DNA of 64,000 nt from Wickerhamiella versatilis (lineage: Eukaryota): assembly GCA_030867685.1 (NCBI GenBank), contig JAQOWU010000008.1, forward strand, positions 1,922,001 to 1,986,000, read 5' to 3'. Each line of letters starts with the position of its first letter. The stretch's first letter is position 1. Below, piece by piece: positions 42,682 to 54,379 of the stretch. Position numbers and translations under genes: made by a program. The notes beneath the pieces are model-generated. The model searched no databases, had not been told where the DNA came from, and saw nothing but the letters and a program-made list of their open reading frames with translations.

Positions 42682-42892
42682 AGAACTAATGAATTGGGAC
42701 TAACGCTGTACGGGAAGTCATAGTTCATGGGTTAACCACAATGAGCAAATTAACACTTTCACTGTATGGACACTTATTGCCGAAGCGAAATCCTGTTAAG
42801 AAATCTGCAACCCTTGACCCGTGCAAGCCAAATGTATTTACGGTGTCTGCTTATATCATCTTTGATTCTATCCAGGATTGAGAGCCTCTTGG

Positions 42893-45223
42893 ATGAAAGA
42901 TTCTGGGCACTCCAACACGAGCTATAAGCCATATGAACGTCTGAAACAAAGTGATAGAAATGCTAATGATGGCGAATCTACAGTAGGCTCCCTGAGACGA
43001 TCCCTGAGACAGGCTTTGCATTCCTTCTGGGACGACGCGTCACCTCGCAGACCAAAAGTTCAGCAGGCAAGTAAACGTCCTCAGCCTGTGTTAGAGAAAT
43101 CGATATCGAATAAAATTGATACAGAGGATGTCAATTCCAGTCAAAAGGAGCAAGAAATACCTATACAATGGAAAGATAACAAGCCGCCTAGTTCTTTTGA
43201 GGACATGCCTCTACCAGCTCACCTAGTGATATCTGCATACCGAGATGCCATCATGAATGAGCTCAAAAGGGGCAGCCGATCACCTCCTACTGAGGAGAAG
43301 CCGCGCAAGCAGCAAAGGGTATCAAAGCCTGTAGACCAACAACAACAACAACAACAACAACATACACCAAAGCCGCATAACTCCACGGTCACCACGCAAA
43401 CACCAAGACGAATTGAACTTGTCACTAAACCACTTGTAGACTTGTCACAACTTCCTCCTGAACGTAAGAAGCGTCCGGGCTTCATTTCAGTGGATTTTGA
43501 TGTAAGTGATGAGGAACCTTCCATGTCTATTCCAGAGCAACCTAAGCCGACTCTCCGACGCCCATCGAAGGAAGATGAGCGTCTGGTAAAGCATCGTGAA
43601 GCTAAAGAAGAGGAGAAAACTTCTCAAAAACCACTATTCTCATTTGCAGGTGGACCACAACAGTCAGAATCAAAGCCATCGGAACTGTCTTCACAACCAC
43701 CGCCGAAGACACCATTCTCTTTCCAGAAAAGTGATGATGCACATGGGTCTGAATCATTGAATGCTGTCAAGAATGACCAGCCTGCACAGCCGGGACAGGT
43801 TGCTGAGCCGTCGAAAGGATTCAGTTTCAATTTCGGTAAAACAGATACGTCTAAGGCAGCTCCTCCAGAGGAACCACCAAAGGAGAAGGTCAACTCGCCT
43901 TTCCAATTTTCTCTTAGTGGTCAAAAACAGAGCACTGACACACCGGGGGGTGCCCCCGAGAAAGCTGTGTTCTCATTTCAAAATCCCAGTGGGCAAGGCG
44001 AGACCCCTAAATTCTCTTTTGGAACTGCTTCACAGTCTACCGAGAAACAGCCGGCTGAAATGGATGCAACCAAGTCTAAACCTTTTAATTTCTCATTCGG
44101 TGCTTCCACAAACTCTGACACTAATTTGAATAAGGAACCTCCAAAAACTAACTTCAGTTTTGGTGGCTCTCAAATTTCTCAAGCTCCAACTGAGGCTGTT
44201 GGTTTAGAAAGCAAGCAATTACAGCCAAAAGAGTCAGAGTCTAAGAAATTGCCCCCAGCTTTCCCAGGTACGTCTGATGACAAGAGCGATGAGAAAAGCA
44301 ATGAGCCTCCATCAAAGAAACCCCTATTCAGCTTTGGTTCGGCTAGTAGTGGAGAGACATCGAGCAACGATAAGCCCACATTTACTTTTGGTGCATCAGG
44401 GGCTTCCAATTCGGCAAAATCAATATTTAATTCCAACGGGACTTCGAGCGAAAGCAAGCAAACTGAGCCCCCAAAATTCAATTTTGGTGCGTCGGCACCA
44501 GCAGCCAAGCCTTCGGAAAAACCAGCCTTCAGTTTTGGCGCATCGAGTGCTGCAAATAGTGTCCAGCCTAAGATTGGATCAGACAACCCTGCACCATTGA
44601 GCAACCCTTTCCAAGGTTCGACAGCAAATAGCACTTCAAGTACTCCTTTCAATTTTGGCTCCATACTCAATAAGCCTGCTGATAGCACTGGTCCAAAATC
44701 AGAAACCCAGCCGGTTGAACCTGCCAAAAACACTACTGATAGTCTTTCTTCAACGAATTCAAACGCGAAGCCGGCCTTTTCCTTCGGTAGTTCTGCTTTT
44801 GCAAAACCCTCGACCGGTACAAGTCAGCCTTTCAGTTTTGGCGCAGCCTCAACGGACGCCTCGCAACCTGCCTCAGGTTCGTCATCAACAGCAGCTCCTG
44901 CTTCTGGTTTCAATTTTGCATTTGGTGCTAATAGCGGCAGTGGGCCGCCATTTGGCAAAACGGACAATTTACCGTTTGGATCTAATTCTAATTCTGCAGC
45001 TAGCAGCAAAGAGCCCACCCCGGCAGCAGGTATTCCCCAGACAAATACTATGGGATTTAATTTCGGTCCTGCTCAACCTGCAGCTGGCCAATCCCAGCAA
45101 ATTCCCGGTGCCACGGGCTTCAATTTCAACTTTGGTGCACCTGCACCTGCAGCGCAGTCTTCCAATCCTGTGGCTGGAAGGCCTTTAGCTCGACCTAGAA
45201 GACGGCTTCCGGCCCGTCGATAG
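42893..45223 (+). CDS. FxFG nucleoporin of the nuclear basket (Nup1-like)
   Basis: Many FSFG/FNFG repeats and a basic C-terminal GRPLARPRRR tail; first ATG at 42893. Confidence 0.8.
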   Translation: MKDSGHSNTSYKPYERLKQSDRNANDGESTVGSLRRSLRQALHSFWDDASPRRPKVQQASKRPQPVLEKSISNKIDTEDVNSSQKEQEIPIQWKDNKPPSSFEDMPLPAHLVISAYRDAIMNELKRGSRSPPTEEKPRKQQRVSKPVDQQQQQQQQHTPKPHNSTVTTQTPRRIELVTKPLVDLSQLPPERKKRPGFISVDFDVSDEEPSMSIPEQPKPTLRRPSKEDERLVKHREAKEEEKTSQKPLFSFAGGPQQSESKPSELSSQPPPKTPFSFQKSDDAHGSESLNAVKNDQPAQPGQVAEPSKGFSFNFGKTDTSKAAPPEEPPKEKVNSPFQFSLSGQKQSTDTPGGAPEKAVFSFQNPSGQGETPKFSFGTASQSTEKQPAEMDATKSKPFNFSFGASTNSDTNLNKEPPKTNFSFGGSQISQAPTEAVGLESKQLQPKESESKKLPPAFPGTSDDKSDEKSNEPPSKKPLFSFGSASSGETSSNDKPTFTFGASGASNSAKSIFNSNGTSSESKQTEPPKFNFGASAPAAKPSEKPAFSFGASSAANSVQPKIGSDNPAPLSNPFQGSTANSTSSTPFNFGSILNKPADSTGPKSETQPVEPAKNTTDSLSSTNSNAKPAFSFGSSAFAKPSTGTSQPFSFGAASTDASQPASGSSSTAAPASGFNFAFGANSGSGPPFGKTDNLPFGSNSNSAASSKEPTPAAGIPQTNTMGFNFGPAQPAAGQSQQIPGATGFNFNFGAPAPAAQSSNPVAGRPLARPRRRLPARR
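43337..43360 (+). repeat. (CAA)8 microsatellite encoding polyQ
   Basis: Perfect CAA x8 inside the nucleoporin ORF. Confidence 0.95.
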
Positions 45224-45380
45224 ATGTCATATATTGAATTTGTAAATTTAACGTTGATGGAATAAAATTTTATATTTTTGAGACTTATTCTGAATCAGAT
45301 CAGGCAGGCCCTAGTTTAGACGATAGCGAAAACTATTATATGGGGGCCGCAAGAGAGGCGTTGTGTAAGCAGCTGGGGTA

Positions 45381-48300
45381 ATGGAGATAGATTTAAGTAT
45401 CCCCGATGGGCTGCCATCTGAGCTTGTTGCAAGACTGCTTGAGCTCAGACAAGAGTTTGAAGAAGGTGATATCACTGCAAAAGGTTATCGAAAGCATCGT
45501 GAACAGATTTTGGCCTTCTGGTCTCTGGCCGACACAAGGTCTGAACGGAGCGTTGGTACGGCATCTGCCACAGGTGGTAATCGACATATGAGGCGCCAGT
45601 CTGGTTTCGAAAGTTTAAATTCAGGGGGTGATATATACCAGTATCCACAAACCCCCATAGCGGAGCATGAGTTTCGTTCTTCGGTAGATATACCCGAGGG
45701 TCCCCTTCAGAGACCGCTCTCTCCTCGTGGAATCCCTGAGACTGCTAATACCGATCCATTGAATGTCAAATTTCGTTTGAGTACCTTCGATAACTTGCCC
45801 TCGATCCTTAGGCATCGTGGCCAAACAAATGCAGATATTTTGGCATTCCAAATTCTTGACCATAAAGGCAAAGAGACCCAGAGCATAACTTGGGCAAAGC
45901 TTGCTGCTCGGGCAGAAAAAGTTGCATCAATGCTTCGGGAGCAGTCAGGGTTATTTCGAGGTGATCGTGTCTGTCTATTTTATGCTCAAGATGAGCCTGT
46001 TAATTTTACCACAGCATTAATGGGCTGTTTTCTTGCCGGATTAGTTGCTGTTCCTATACCTGCTGAACAGTTTAGGTCGATGCAAGAGATACTCGAGAGT
46101 GCTCAGTGTAATTTGATCTTAACATCTGAAACAATGCTGAAGTATGTTACAAAAAACCATGTGGAGCTATTGAGACTAGGACAATGGTGGAAGACTACAG
46201 ATTGGGGTAGCTATACCTCAAAGAAAGGACTTCCAGCTTTACAAGTGCCAGACCTCGCATACATAGAATTCACGCGCTCGACAAATGGTGAATTACGCGG
46301 TGTCGTAATAAGCCATCGAACTATACTGCACCAAATGCAATGCATGATGGCAATTCTTCAAAGCAGGTCGCCACCAAAGCGCAGAGTCGATCGTCTACTT
46401 TGTTCCCTTGATGTTCGCCGTTCTACTGGCTTAATACTTGGTGTCCTCCTAGCGGTGTATGCAGGTTCATGCACTTATTTTCTGACACCATCTGCAATGA
46501 CTATCCCCGGGTTATATGCGAACCTTGCATCACGTCTTCAAATTACAATCCTTTTAGCTGACCTGCCATCATTGAAGAGCGTATGTTATAACTACCAATC
46601 TGCACCGCAAGCAACTCGTCAATATTCTAAAAAACATTCACCGAACTTGCAAAGTGTTCGATGGTGTCTTATAGACTCTGCAGTGGTTGACACTGAGTTT
46701 CAGCTAATCCTTGCTGATCGCTGGCTACGGCCTCTAGGTAATACCGGAGGGCGCTCTGTCATTGCACCAATGCTCACGCTTCAAGAACACGGTGGCATGG
46801 TCATAGCAATGCGCGATGAATTATTGGAAAATCCGATGAATGACAGTCCAATTCACGATGTACATATATATAAAAGTGCACTGAGCCACAATAGTGTTGA
46901 GGTTGCTACACAGGCTTCCCAAGACACAATCGATGTCGGAAACTTCGGTTTCCCCATCCCAGATGCTACGATTGCGATAGTTGATCCAGATACCCAGATT
47001 CTCAGTGGGGCGAATATGATAGGTGAAATCTGGGTAGATTCACCATCGCTGAGCGGCGGTTTGTGGGGTCTTAAGGAGGAAACTGGGAACAATTTCCATG
47101 CTCAGTGTTTAGATACTGAGGATGTTCTACCTCTCGAGTTTGTAAGAACTGGTCTACTTGGCTTTGTTTTGGATGGTTGTATTTATATCTTGGGATCATT
47201 ATCAGACAGGCTAGTACAGAGAGATGGAGATAAAACCTCATGGTACTACTCGCCACATTTAATTGAGGGAATCATGCGTTCAGTCCCTCGTATCTTCGAT
47301 GGATGCATTTTCCAAACTCAACCCAATGATTTGTCTGTTGTTCTCATTGAAACACCAATCGCAAAACCACCTATAATCACACCTGGAGCGCGTGTTCATC
47401 GAGACGACAAGACTCGAATGGCTTTAGAGGATGCCTGTTCTCAAGTACTGGCGGCGTTGCAAACCTATAATTTTAAAGTCTACGCTATTGTTGCCACATG
47501 GCCTAGAGCATCACCGCGATCACGCAAAAGTGGACAGGCAGATATTGCAAAGCTCATGGCTCGTCGTGCATTTCTACGTGGGGAATTACCTGCCGCTCAT
47601 ATAAAATTTGACAATATACCTACTATGCCAGTTGGCGACGATCCGCAAGGTGGAATATGGTCGCCCGCTATATCTCACCTACGTACGCGACAATTGGGAG
47701 AAGATGCTGAGCAGCAATTCTCAGGTATCGATATGCGCAAACTGGGAACTGTTGTTGATGACCGTACTTCTGCACCCCTGGATACCTTTGAATCTATTCC
47801 CCATATTTTGCAATGGCGTCTAGGTAGACAGGCGGATGAGCTAGCATACTTGAGCATAGCTGTGAGACCTCAAGAGCAGAAGAAAGAGACATCATGGAGG
47901 CGTTTTGACACACGTGTGACTGCTGCCTACACATATATCAGAGATCACCTTAATGGAAGAGAGGGATATCGGGCATTGCTGATGTATACGCATGGTGAAG
48001 ACTTTGTTGTGGCAGTACATGCTTGTTTCCTGCTGGGTATTACGGTAATTCCTATTTCACCTATTAACCTGGATCGGATCGAAGAAGACGTGAAAACGCT
48101 TATAAAAATTGTTCGGACATACAATGTTGATCTAATTCTTGGAAACCATGAGACTTACTCCATGATGGAAGATAAGGCTGTCTCCAATTTCCTTCGACGC
48201 CAAGGCGCCACTTTACCAAAACTGCATAATACATCGAAACTCAAGGTTGATCGTGCTCTCTGTGGTACATTTAAAATACCTGCACGGATTCTTAAACCAG

Positions 48301-49580
48301 ATTTCCCTGCTTTAGTCTGGCTCTATTTCAATGCGGATCATAATTATACTGCTTCACAGATTAGCCATGCTGCTCTTTTGGGAATGTGTAAAATCCAAAA
48401 GGAAACATGTCAAATGACCTCTAATAAGCCCATAATTGGGTGTATTCGCTCAGTGTCTGGTTTGGGTTTCCTGTGGACTTGCTGCTTGGGTATTTTCGTA
48501 GGTTCATCAACACTCCTTGTGAGCCCCTTTGACTATGCAAATAATCCTGCAAGTTTCTTTGTTACTGCAAGCCGCTATAAAGTCAAAGATGGGTATGGTA
48601 CGGAGCAAATGCTACATCATGCCTGTCGCATGTCAAAACCTCAAGGATTTGACCTCAGCGAACTGCAAAATATGATTGTTCCCTATACTGGCCGAGCAAA
48701 TACTGAGTTGGTAAGTAATATGCGGCTTGTGTTTTCACAAACAGGCTTGGAGTCTGCGGCTGTCAACATTGCCTATGGTCCTTCCTGTAATCCCATGGCA
48801 ACCACCCGGAGTTACATGCTTGTAGATCCAATAGATTTGTGGCTTGATCCTGTCCCTCTGCGATCTGGCTTCATATCTATAGTCAATCCGGCTAATTGTC
48901 CAGATGCACTCCAGTTGCAGGACTCTGGTATGGTACCGATTAATACACAGGTTGCTATCGTCAACCCTGAGACACATTGTCTTTGTCGTGCCGGGGAATA
49001 TGGTGAAATTTGGGTATTATCTGATGGTAATGAGTATGGAGAGTTTCTTCCCAAGAAATCCTCGGCTGTGGCATCACGAGATATGCGTGACAGGTTGTTT
49101 GCAGTCATAGCGGATGGTGATCCACAAGTTCGCTACATGCGTACCGGCGATCTTGGCTTCTTACACTCAGTAACGAAAGGTGGTGAACTGGAAATGCAAG
49201 TTCTTTTTGTGCTAGGTGCATTGCGCAACACTATTGAGGTCGGTGGTCTGCAGTACTTTGTCAACGACATTGAGAGTATTGTAACTGCTGCTCATAATAA
49301 AATTGAAGATGCGGTTGTTGTCAGATGTGACGATATCACTGCAATAATTGTTGAAACAACTGCAACACGTCAATCTCTGTGTTCCCTGGCAGCAGTAGTG
49401 GCTGGAGCAGTCATAAATGCCCATCAGGTTGCCGTCAATGTAATTGCATTTGTCGCAAAAGGCAAAATTCCTAGATCAAGATTGCAAGAAAAGCAACGTC
49501 AAAAAACTCTCGCAACATATTTGAATGGTTCGCTGGAAATAAGCGACCACTATACGATTTTACCTGTAAACAGACATTAA
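45381..49580 (+). CDS. CMR2: DIP2/Cps1-family tandem FAAL-like protein
   Basis: DMAP1-binding N-terminus (EGDITAKGY) and two adenylate-forming domains (GEIWV, RTGLLG, RTGDLG, EKQR). Confidence 0.92.
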   Translation: MEIDLSIPDGLPSELVARLLELRQEFEEGDITAKGYRKHREQILAFWSLADTRSERSVGTASATGGNRHMRRQSGFESLNSGGDIYQYPQTPIAEHEFRSSVDIPEGPLQRPLSPRGIPETANTDPLNVKFRLSTFDNLPSILRHRGQTNADILAFQILDHKGKETQSITWAKLAARAEKVASMLREQSGLFRGDRVCLFYAQDEPVNFTTALMGCFLAGLVAVPIPAEQFRSMQEILESAQCNLILTSETMLKYVTKNHVELLRLGQWWKTTDWGSYTSKKGLPALQVPDLAYIEFTRSTNGELRGVVISHRTILHQMQCMMAILQSRSPPKRRVDRLLCSLDVRRSTGLILGVLLAVYAGSCTYFLTPSAMTIPGLYANLASRLQITILLADLPSLKSVCYNYQSAPQATRQYSKKHSPNLQSVRWCLIDSAVVDTEFQLILADRWLRPLGNTGGRSVIAPMLTLQEHGGMVIAMRDELLENPMNDSPIHDVHIYKSALSHNSVEVATQASQDTIDVGNFGFPIPDATIAIVDPDTQILSGANMIGEIWVDSPSLSGGLWGLKEETGNNFHAQCLDTEDVLPLEFVRTGLLGFVLDGCIYILGSLSDRLVQRDGDKTSWYYSPHLIEGIMRSVPRIFDGCIFQTQPNDLSVVLIETPIAKPPIITPGARVHRDDKTRMALEDACSQVLAALQTYNFKVYAIVATWPRASPRSRKSGQADIAKLMARRAFLRGELPAAHIKFDNIPTMPVGDDPQGGIWSPAISHLRTRQLGEDAEQQFSGIDMRKLGTVVDDRTSAPLDTFESIPHILQWRLGRQADELAYLSIAVRPQEQKKETSWRRFDTRVTAAYTYIRDHLNGREGYRALLMYTHGEDFVVAVHACFLLGITVIPISPINLDRIEEDVKTLIKIVRTYNVDLILGNHETYSMMEDKAVSNFLRRQGATLPKLHNTSKLKVDRALCGTFKIPARILKPDFPALVWLYFNADHNYTASQISHAALLGMCKIQKETCQMTSNKPIIGCIRSVSGLGFLWTCCLGIFVGSSTLLVSPFDYANNPASFFVTASRYKVKDGYGTEQMLHHACRMSKPQGFDLSELQNMIVPYTGRANTELVSNMRLVFSQTGLESAAVNIAYGPSCNPMATTRSYMLVDPIDLWLDPVPLRSGFISIVNPANCPDALQLQDSGMVPINTQVAIVNPETHCLCRAGEYGEIWVLSDGNEYGEFLPKKSSAVASRDMRDRLFAVIADGDPQVRYMRTGDLGFLHSVTKGGELEMQVLFVLGALRNTIEVGGLQYFVNDIESIVTAAHNKIEDAVVVRCDDITAIIVETTATRQSLCSLAAVVAGAVINAHQVAVNVIAFVAKGKIPRSRLQEKQRQKTLATYLNGSLEISDHYTILPVNRH

Positions 49581-49640
49581 GCAATGTATGTATAAATGTC
49601 GGACTGTGTCCTTACTACATGTCACTAAAATATAATAACG

Positions 49641-49997
49641 TTACCATTTATTGTCCGACTCACCAGGTAACCGCTGGACTCTCTTCTGCTCCCAGCTGTC
49701 GAGATCCATATGCTGCAGCCGGTAATATTCTTCCTTCATATCTACCTTCCGCTTTTTTATTCCTTCTAATGATTTTTGTGATGGAAGTTCTTGAACTCGT
49801 CGGTCGCTCTCCTCAAATTTGATGCTTGAAAACTGTGCTGCAAAATATGTGCCAACCAACATCATGGTGAAAAATGGGATACCAAAATAGACGAGAGAGT
49901 TCTTTTTCATGCGTTCCATGTATTTCCCTTTCCAAGATTGAGCGAATTTTGCTCGCTCTGCAGAGCTAACAAACTTCTTTCTCGGTAGATTGGCCAT
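49641..49997 (-). CDS. COX16: Cytochrome c oxidase assembly factor
   Basis: FGIPFF TM helix, RKVDMKEEYYRL, WEQKRVQRLPGE. Confidence 0.93.
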   Translation of the reverse strand: MANLPRKKFVSSAERAKFAQSWKGKYMERMKKNSLVYFGIPFFTMMLVGTYFAAQFSSIKFEESDRRVQELPSQKSLEGIKKRKVDMKEEYYRLQHMDLDSWEQKRVQRLPGESDNKW

Positions 49998-50860
49998 CTC
50001 TCAAGTTATCCTCTTGACTTTTGCCTCTAGCTCCAACCCTAGCCCGAATCAATACTACTCATGAATTCAAAGTTAAGTAGAAGACTACTATAAAAATATC
50101 ACGTGATATTGGACGTTATATTTCGGTCCATGAGCTTTTCATTGCGAGGGGATCCTTCGAGGCATACGTTAGACATCAATACTAGACATACTATGATAAG
50201 GGCACGAAAATAGATTAACGACCCTTACGAAAGCATTTCCAATATTGCTGTACTTCTTTGTGTATATGGTTAAATATCTCCTGGTAATGCAAAAAAGAAA
50301 TCTTTAGCTCACCTAGAATTTACTACCATGATTATAAAATCTGTGTGCGACTAGCTCAATGCAGTAGTATAACGTCATCATGGGCGAATCGAGCTTGTCA
50401 AGGAAATTATTCCACCTAGTCTCTTCCGTTAAAAATTAACAGAGGTCTAGTATCTTGAGTTTCCTTTAGCTATAAGCAGTCTTGGCCCAGTAATCTGGCT
50501 AGGAGGGTTGCACGACTAGAATAACTGCATAACGGGGCTAGGTTATACCCTCCATACTTACGGCACACAGCGAAACATGTATCTGAGAAATAACTTAAAT
50601 CTGTCTCTCACAACCCATGTAGCCCGATATTGAGAGACTACTGAGAACTCAAGCTTCAGATGATACGCTAAGTTGAATATATTATTATTATTGCGACAGT
50701 ATCGGACTGAACTATGCACATAAACAAAATAATTCAGATGGTAAGTAACCTTACCCTAACTTCTTGCGACTACGTTGCGAAAACATTCCACATATCCAGA
50801 TAGAACTGACATGATCAGAGATAACTTCATTATCACTACATTAGTTTAATATAACACAAT

Positions 50861-51787
50861 CTACGCTACAACTTCCTTATCGGTGGCATGAGTATCAGCC
50901 TCTTTGGTCTCATCCCACTCCTCACCGTGCTCGTCAACGTAACCCGCATCAGTGCGACGGATGGAGAGAGAAGGCTTGACAGTGGCCTGGTCGAAGGTCC
51001 ACTCACGCAAAGCGACCTCGCAGTCCTGGAGGATCTGCTTGGAGGCATCGTAGCCATCATAGCTTGGGCGGATCTCACCAGGAGTGACAGGAGTGTCGTC
51101 AAGCAACTCAAGAAGGGCCTTGCCGTAGCCAGCGATGAGGGCAACCTTCTCATTGTGCTCACGGAGGGAGTCGAACTGGTAGTTGAAAGCAGCCTTCAAC
51201 TTCTCACGGGTGATGTTAGAAAGCTGGGCCTCAGCGACCAAAGACTCGGCCTCAGCACGGACAAGCTCCTGCTCGAGCACAACAATCCGGGGGCTGTTAG
51301 GCTCTTTGTACTTAAGGTGTGCGATCTGGTCGGTGATCTTCTGCTTGCGCTCACGAGATGGCTCGACGCTAGCCTCGATGTTACGGACACTCTTAAGAGT
51401 GACACGGTACTGGTCGTACTTGTCGATGAAAGCATCCTCGAGGATGCCGATCTCGTAGAGGAGCACACCAAGCTTGTCAGTGACGTCTGAGACATCATCG
51501 TCATCAGACTCCTCACCCCAGTAGCTCAGCTGCTTGGCAACCTCCTTACGCTCGTTGGCAACAAGCTCGATAGAACGCATGACGTTCTTCTCTGACTTGA
51601 CCAAAACAGCCAAACGGCGGGCAAGCTCCGGACCGAAGGAGCCAGCCGTTGAACGGCGGAGGGAGTGAGTCAAAGAGCCACGTCCGAAGAAGCGACCAGT
51701 CTTGGTCGACGAAGGAGGGGGAGGCGGCGTTTGCAAGTCTTGCGCAGTAGGGGCGCGCGTCGCTCTCAGAGAATATGTGCGGTGCAT
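50861..51787 (-). CDS. PIL1: Eisosome BAR protein Pil1/Lsp1
   Basis: MHRTYSLR...FGPELARRL...LEQELVRAEAESLVAEAQLSNITR; strong codon bias; TATAAATA about 40 bp upstream. PIL1 versus LSP1 not resolved. Confidence 0.93.
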   Translation of the reverse strand: MHRTYSLRATRAPTAQDLQTPPPPPSSTKTGRFFGRGSLTHSLRRSTAGSFGPELARRLAVLVKSEKNVMRSIELVANERKEVAKQLSYWGEESDDDDVSDVTDKLGVLLYEIGILEDAFIDKYDQYRVTLKSVRNIEASVEPSRERKQKITDQIAHLKYKEPNSPRIVVLEQELVRAEAESLVAEAQLSNITREKLKAAFNYQFDSLREHNEKVALIAGYGKALLELLDDTPVTPGEIRPSYDGYDASKQILQDCEVALREWTFDQATVKPSLSIRRTDAGYVDEHGEEWDETKEADTHATDKEVVA

Positions 51788-52582
51788 GATTACTCTTCAG
51801 AATCTTCTCTAGGGAAGGAGGGCGTATTTATAAGGCTGCGGGGTGGGACTTCCCTGCAAGATGTGTTGCTTGCATGATACCTGGCCCAAAAGGGAAATGA
51901 AAAGCATTATGTGTCAGCAGGTTGCATACCGAAGTCCTGCCACTATGCCTATGGCAATATATATGTAAAGTAACCTAAAACATGTTGAACAGGAGCTGTT
52001 TGGTTTTATATTAGGTTACCATTCAGATTCCTTAGGAATGTTCGCATGATGATTTCGACGGTTCCAGGACTGCAGATCTGCATGCGCGGCCCCGCCCTGC
52101 CCAAATGTTTAAGCAGCTATTTCATCCGTCGTCCATTATCTCATTGAGATGTGAGAAAACTCGTGATAGATTATTTTTTTTTACTCACGAGTTTCAATGT
52201 TTTAACCCTGGACACTTGCTTTTTCACGGAAATTTCTGAATCGCCCTGGTGCATTCGACAAAAATAGGTTTTAGAGCATCCCTAGACAGATCACCGTAAT
52301 TTATTATAAGCTCCAAAGCTTGTGACAAAATACTATTTTTCAATCACGTATATCAGGCAGGGTCCTACTTGTTTCAAGACATATCTAAGTATAATGGCCT
52401 TGAAAATTGTTTAAATCATAATGAAACGAACAGAAAAGGTCAGTTACAACTCTTCGAAAGCAAAACTAGCACAACAGCACTAGCAAAATTGGGCATATAT
52501 CATAACCCTTGCTGCCTCAGAATCCCACTTAGGTTTACTAGATTCCCCCTTAAATGGCGATATCAATCATGTGATCATGACA

Positions 52583-52625
52583 TCACGTGTCTACCTTGTA
52601 ATCATCGAGAAATCGATGTGACTCA
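52583..52625. promoter_or_regulatory. E-box (TCACGTG) and Gcn4-type site (TGACTCA) upstream of ILV3
   Basis: TCACGTG at 52583-52589 and TGACTCA at 52619-52625; ILV3 is an amino-acid biosynthesis gene. Confidence 0.55.
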
Positions 52626-52645
52626 TCCAGAAATTTCAGCCATTC

Positions 52646-54379
52646 ATGTCTCGGGTATTTCGTCGCAGTGCTTCGGGAAAGAGTGACCTGAACAAATATA
52701 GTCGCATTGTGACGCAACCTAAGTCACAGCCTGCATCGCAGGCCATGCTTTATGCCACTGGCTTTGACATGGAAGATTTTGCCAAAGCCCAGGTGGGTGT
52801 TTCCAGTGTATGGTGGACAGGCAACCCTTGTAATTCCCATCTCCTTGACTTTAACTTCAAGATATCCGAGAGCGTGAACAGGGCTGGCCTCAAGGCTATG
52901 CAGTTTAATACCATTGGTGTGAGCGATGGTATCTCCATGGGTACAAAGGGTATGCGCTACTCGCTGCAGTCTAGAGAAATTATTGCAGACTCAATAGAGA
53001 CTCAGACCATGGCAGAGCACTATGACGCAAACATTTCGATACCTGGATGCGACAAGAATATGCCGGGCTGTCTAATTGCCATGGCACGTATCAACCGTCC
53101 AAGTATCATGGTTTACGGTGGTACCATTCGTGGTGGACATGGTACTTGTGGTGCGACTAAAGGGAAGACCTTAGATGTCGTCAGTGCTTTCCAGTCTTAT
53201 GGTCAATATATCGCCGGAAATATTGATGAAACCACCCGTGAGGATATCGTTCGCCATGCTTGCCCGGGACCTGGCGCTTGTGGAGGAATGTACACAGCAA
53301 ATACGCTAGCATCCTGTGCTGAAGTCATGGGTATGTCCATGCCAGGGTCTTCGAGCTTCCCGGCGACATCAAAGGAGAAGGAGAATGAGTGTTTCACTGT
53401 TGGTGAGGTGATGAAGCATCTGTTGGAAATTGATCTCAAGCCTAGGGATATCATGACCAAGACAGCATTCGAAAATGCTATTGCTTATACCATTGCTGTG
53501 GGTGGATCAACCAATGCTGTCCTGCATCTCCTGGCTATCGCTCACGCTGTAGATGTTCCCCTCACCATTGATGATTTCCAGCGCATTTCTGACAACACCC
53601 CTCTCTTGGGAGACTTCAAGCCATCTGGCAAGCATGTTATGGAAGATCTGCAGCAATACGGTGGTACCCCAGCCGTTATAAAATTCCTCCTGGAGCAAGG
53701 TTTGTTGGATGGCTCACCAATGACTGTAATGGGCAAGACACTCGCTGAGACAGTTGCTGATTATCCTGGCCTACCAGAATCACAACCGATTATGCGTCCT
53801 GCTTCAAATCCTATCAAAAAGAGTGGGCACCTCCAGATTTTGCGGGGATCTCTCGCTCCTGAAGGCGCGGTTGGTAAGATTACCGGCAAGGAGGGTACTC
53901 GGTTCGAGGGTCTTGCAAAGGTCTATGATGATGAGGACTCTTTCCACCACTCTCTGGAAGCGGGAGAGATCAAGAAAGGAGAGAAGACTGTGGTCGTCAT
54001 TCGCTATGAGGGACCTAAGGGCGGCCCTGGTATGCCCGAAATGCTTAAGCCAAGCTCTGCAATCATGGGTTACGGTCTTGGCCAAGATGTTGCTCTGCTA
54101 ACTGATGGCCGGTTCAGTGGTGGCTCTCATGGTTTCCTTATTGGCCATATTACACCAGAAGCAGCCGTTGGTGGACCTATTGGTCTTGTGAAGAACGGTG
54201 ACCGCATCGTAATCGATGCAGACAATAACAGCATTGATGTTTGCGTTTCCGAAGATGAGCTTGCGAACCGTCGCAAGGAATGGAAGGCACCAGCACCACG
54301 CTATACACGTGGTACTCTGGCGAAGTACAGCAAATTGGTGTCGGATGCCTCTCACGGTTGTGTTACAGACAACTTTTAA
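52646..54379 (+). CDS. ILV3: Dihydroxy-acid dehydratase, mitochondrial
   Basis: [33 protein letters not shown] and TDGRFSGG motifs. Confidence 0.98.
   Translation: MSRVFRRSASGKSDLNKYSRIVTQPKSQPASQAMLYATGFDMEDFAKAQVGVSSVWWTGNPCNSHLLDFNFKISESVNRAGLKAMQFNTIGVSDGISMGTKGMRYSLQSREIIADSIETQTMAEHYDANISIPGCDKNMPGCLIAMARINRPSIMVYGGTIRGGHGTCGATKGKTLDVVSAFQSYGQYIAGNIDETTREDIVRHACPGPGACGGMYTANTLASCAEVMGMSMPGSSSFPATSKEKENECFTVGEVMKHLLEIDLKPRDIMTKTAFENAIAYTIAVGGSTNAVLHLLAIAHAVDVPLTIDDFQRISDNTPLLGDFKPSGKHVMEDLQQYGGTPAVIKFLLEQGLLDGSPMTVMGKTLAETVADYPGLPESQPIMRPASNPIKKSGHLQILRGSLAPEGAVGKITGKEGTRFEGLAKVYDDEDSFHHSLEAGEIKKGEKTVVVIRYEGPKGGPGMPEMLKPSSAIMGYGLGQDVALLTDGRFSGGSHGFLIGHITPEAAVGGPIGLVKNGDRIVIDADNNSIDVCVSEDELANRRKEWKAPAPRYTRGTLAKYSKLVSDASHGCVTDNF

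Noticed and set aside
44179-45188. Alternative-frame ORFs inside the FG nucleoporin
   Set aside because: Shadows of the repetitive coding sequence
50741-50760. GTAAGT followed by CCCTAAC
   Set aside because: Donor and branch are only about 7 nt apart, too short for an intron; more likely a telobox-like site or chance
50040-50860. Long COX16-PIL1 gap with partial C/D-like boxes and GATCCTTC (U13/snR45-like)
   Set aside because: No properly paired C and D boxes or second guide segment found
50888-51490. 200-aa antisense ORF over PIL1
   Set aside because: Expected shadow of the strong codon bias in a highly expressed gene; no domain recognised
52369-52686. 105-aa TTG-start ORF upstream of ILV3 (also 40585-40833 and 54582-54950)
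   Set aside because: No recognisable protein features; they overlap promoters or real genes
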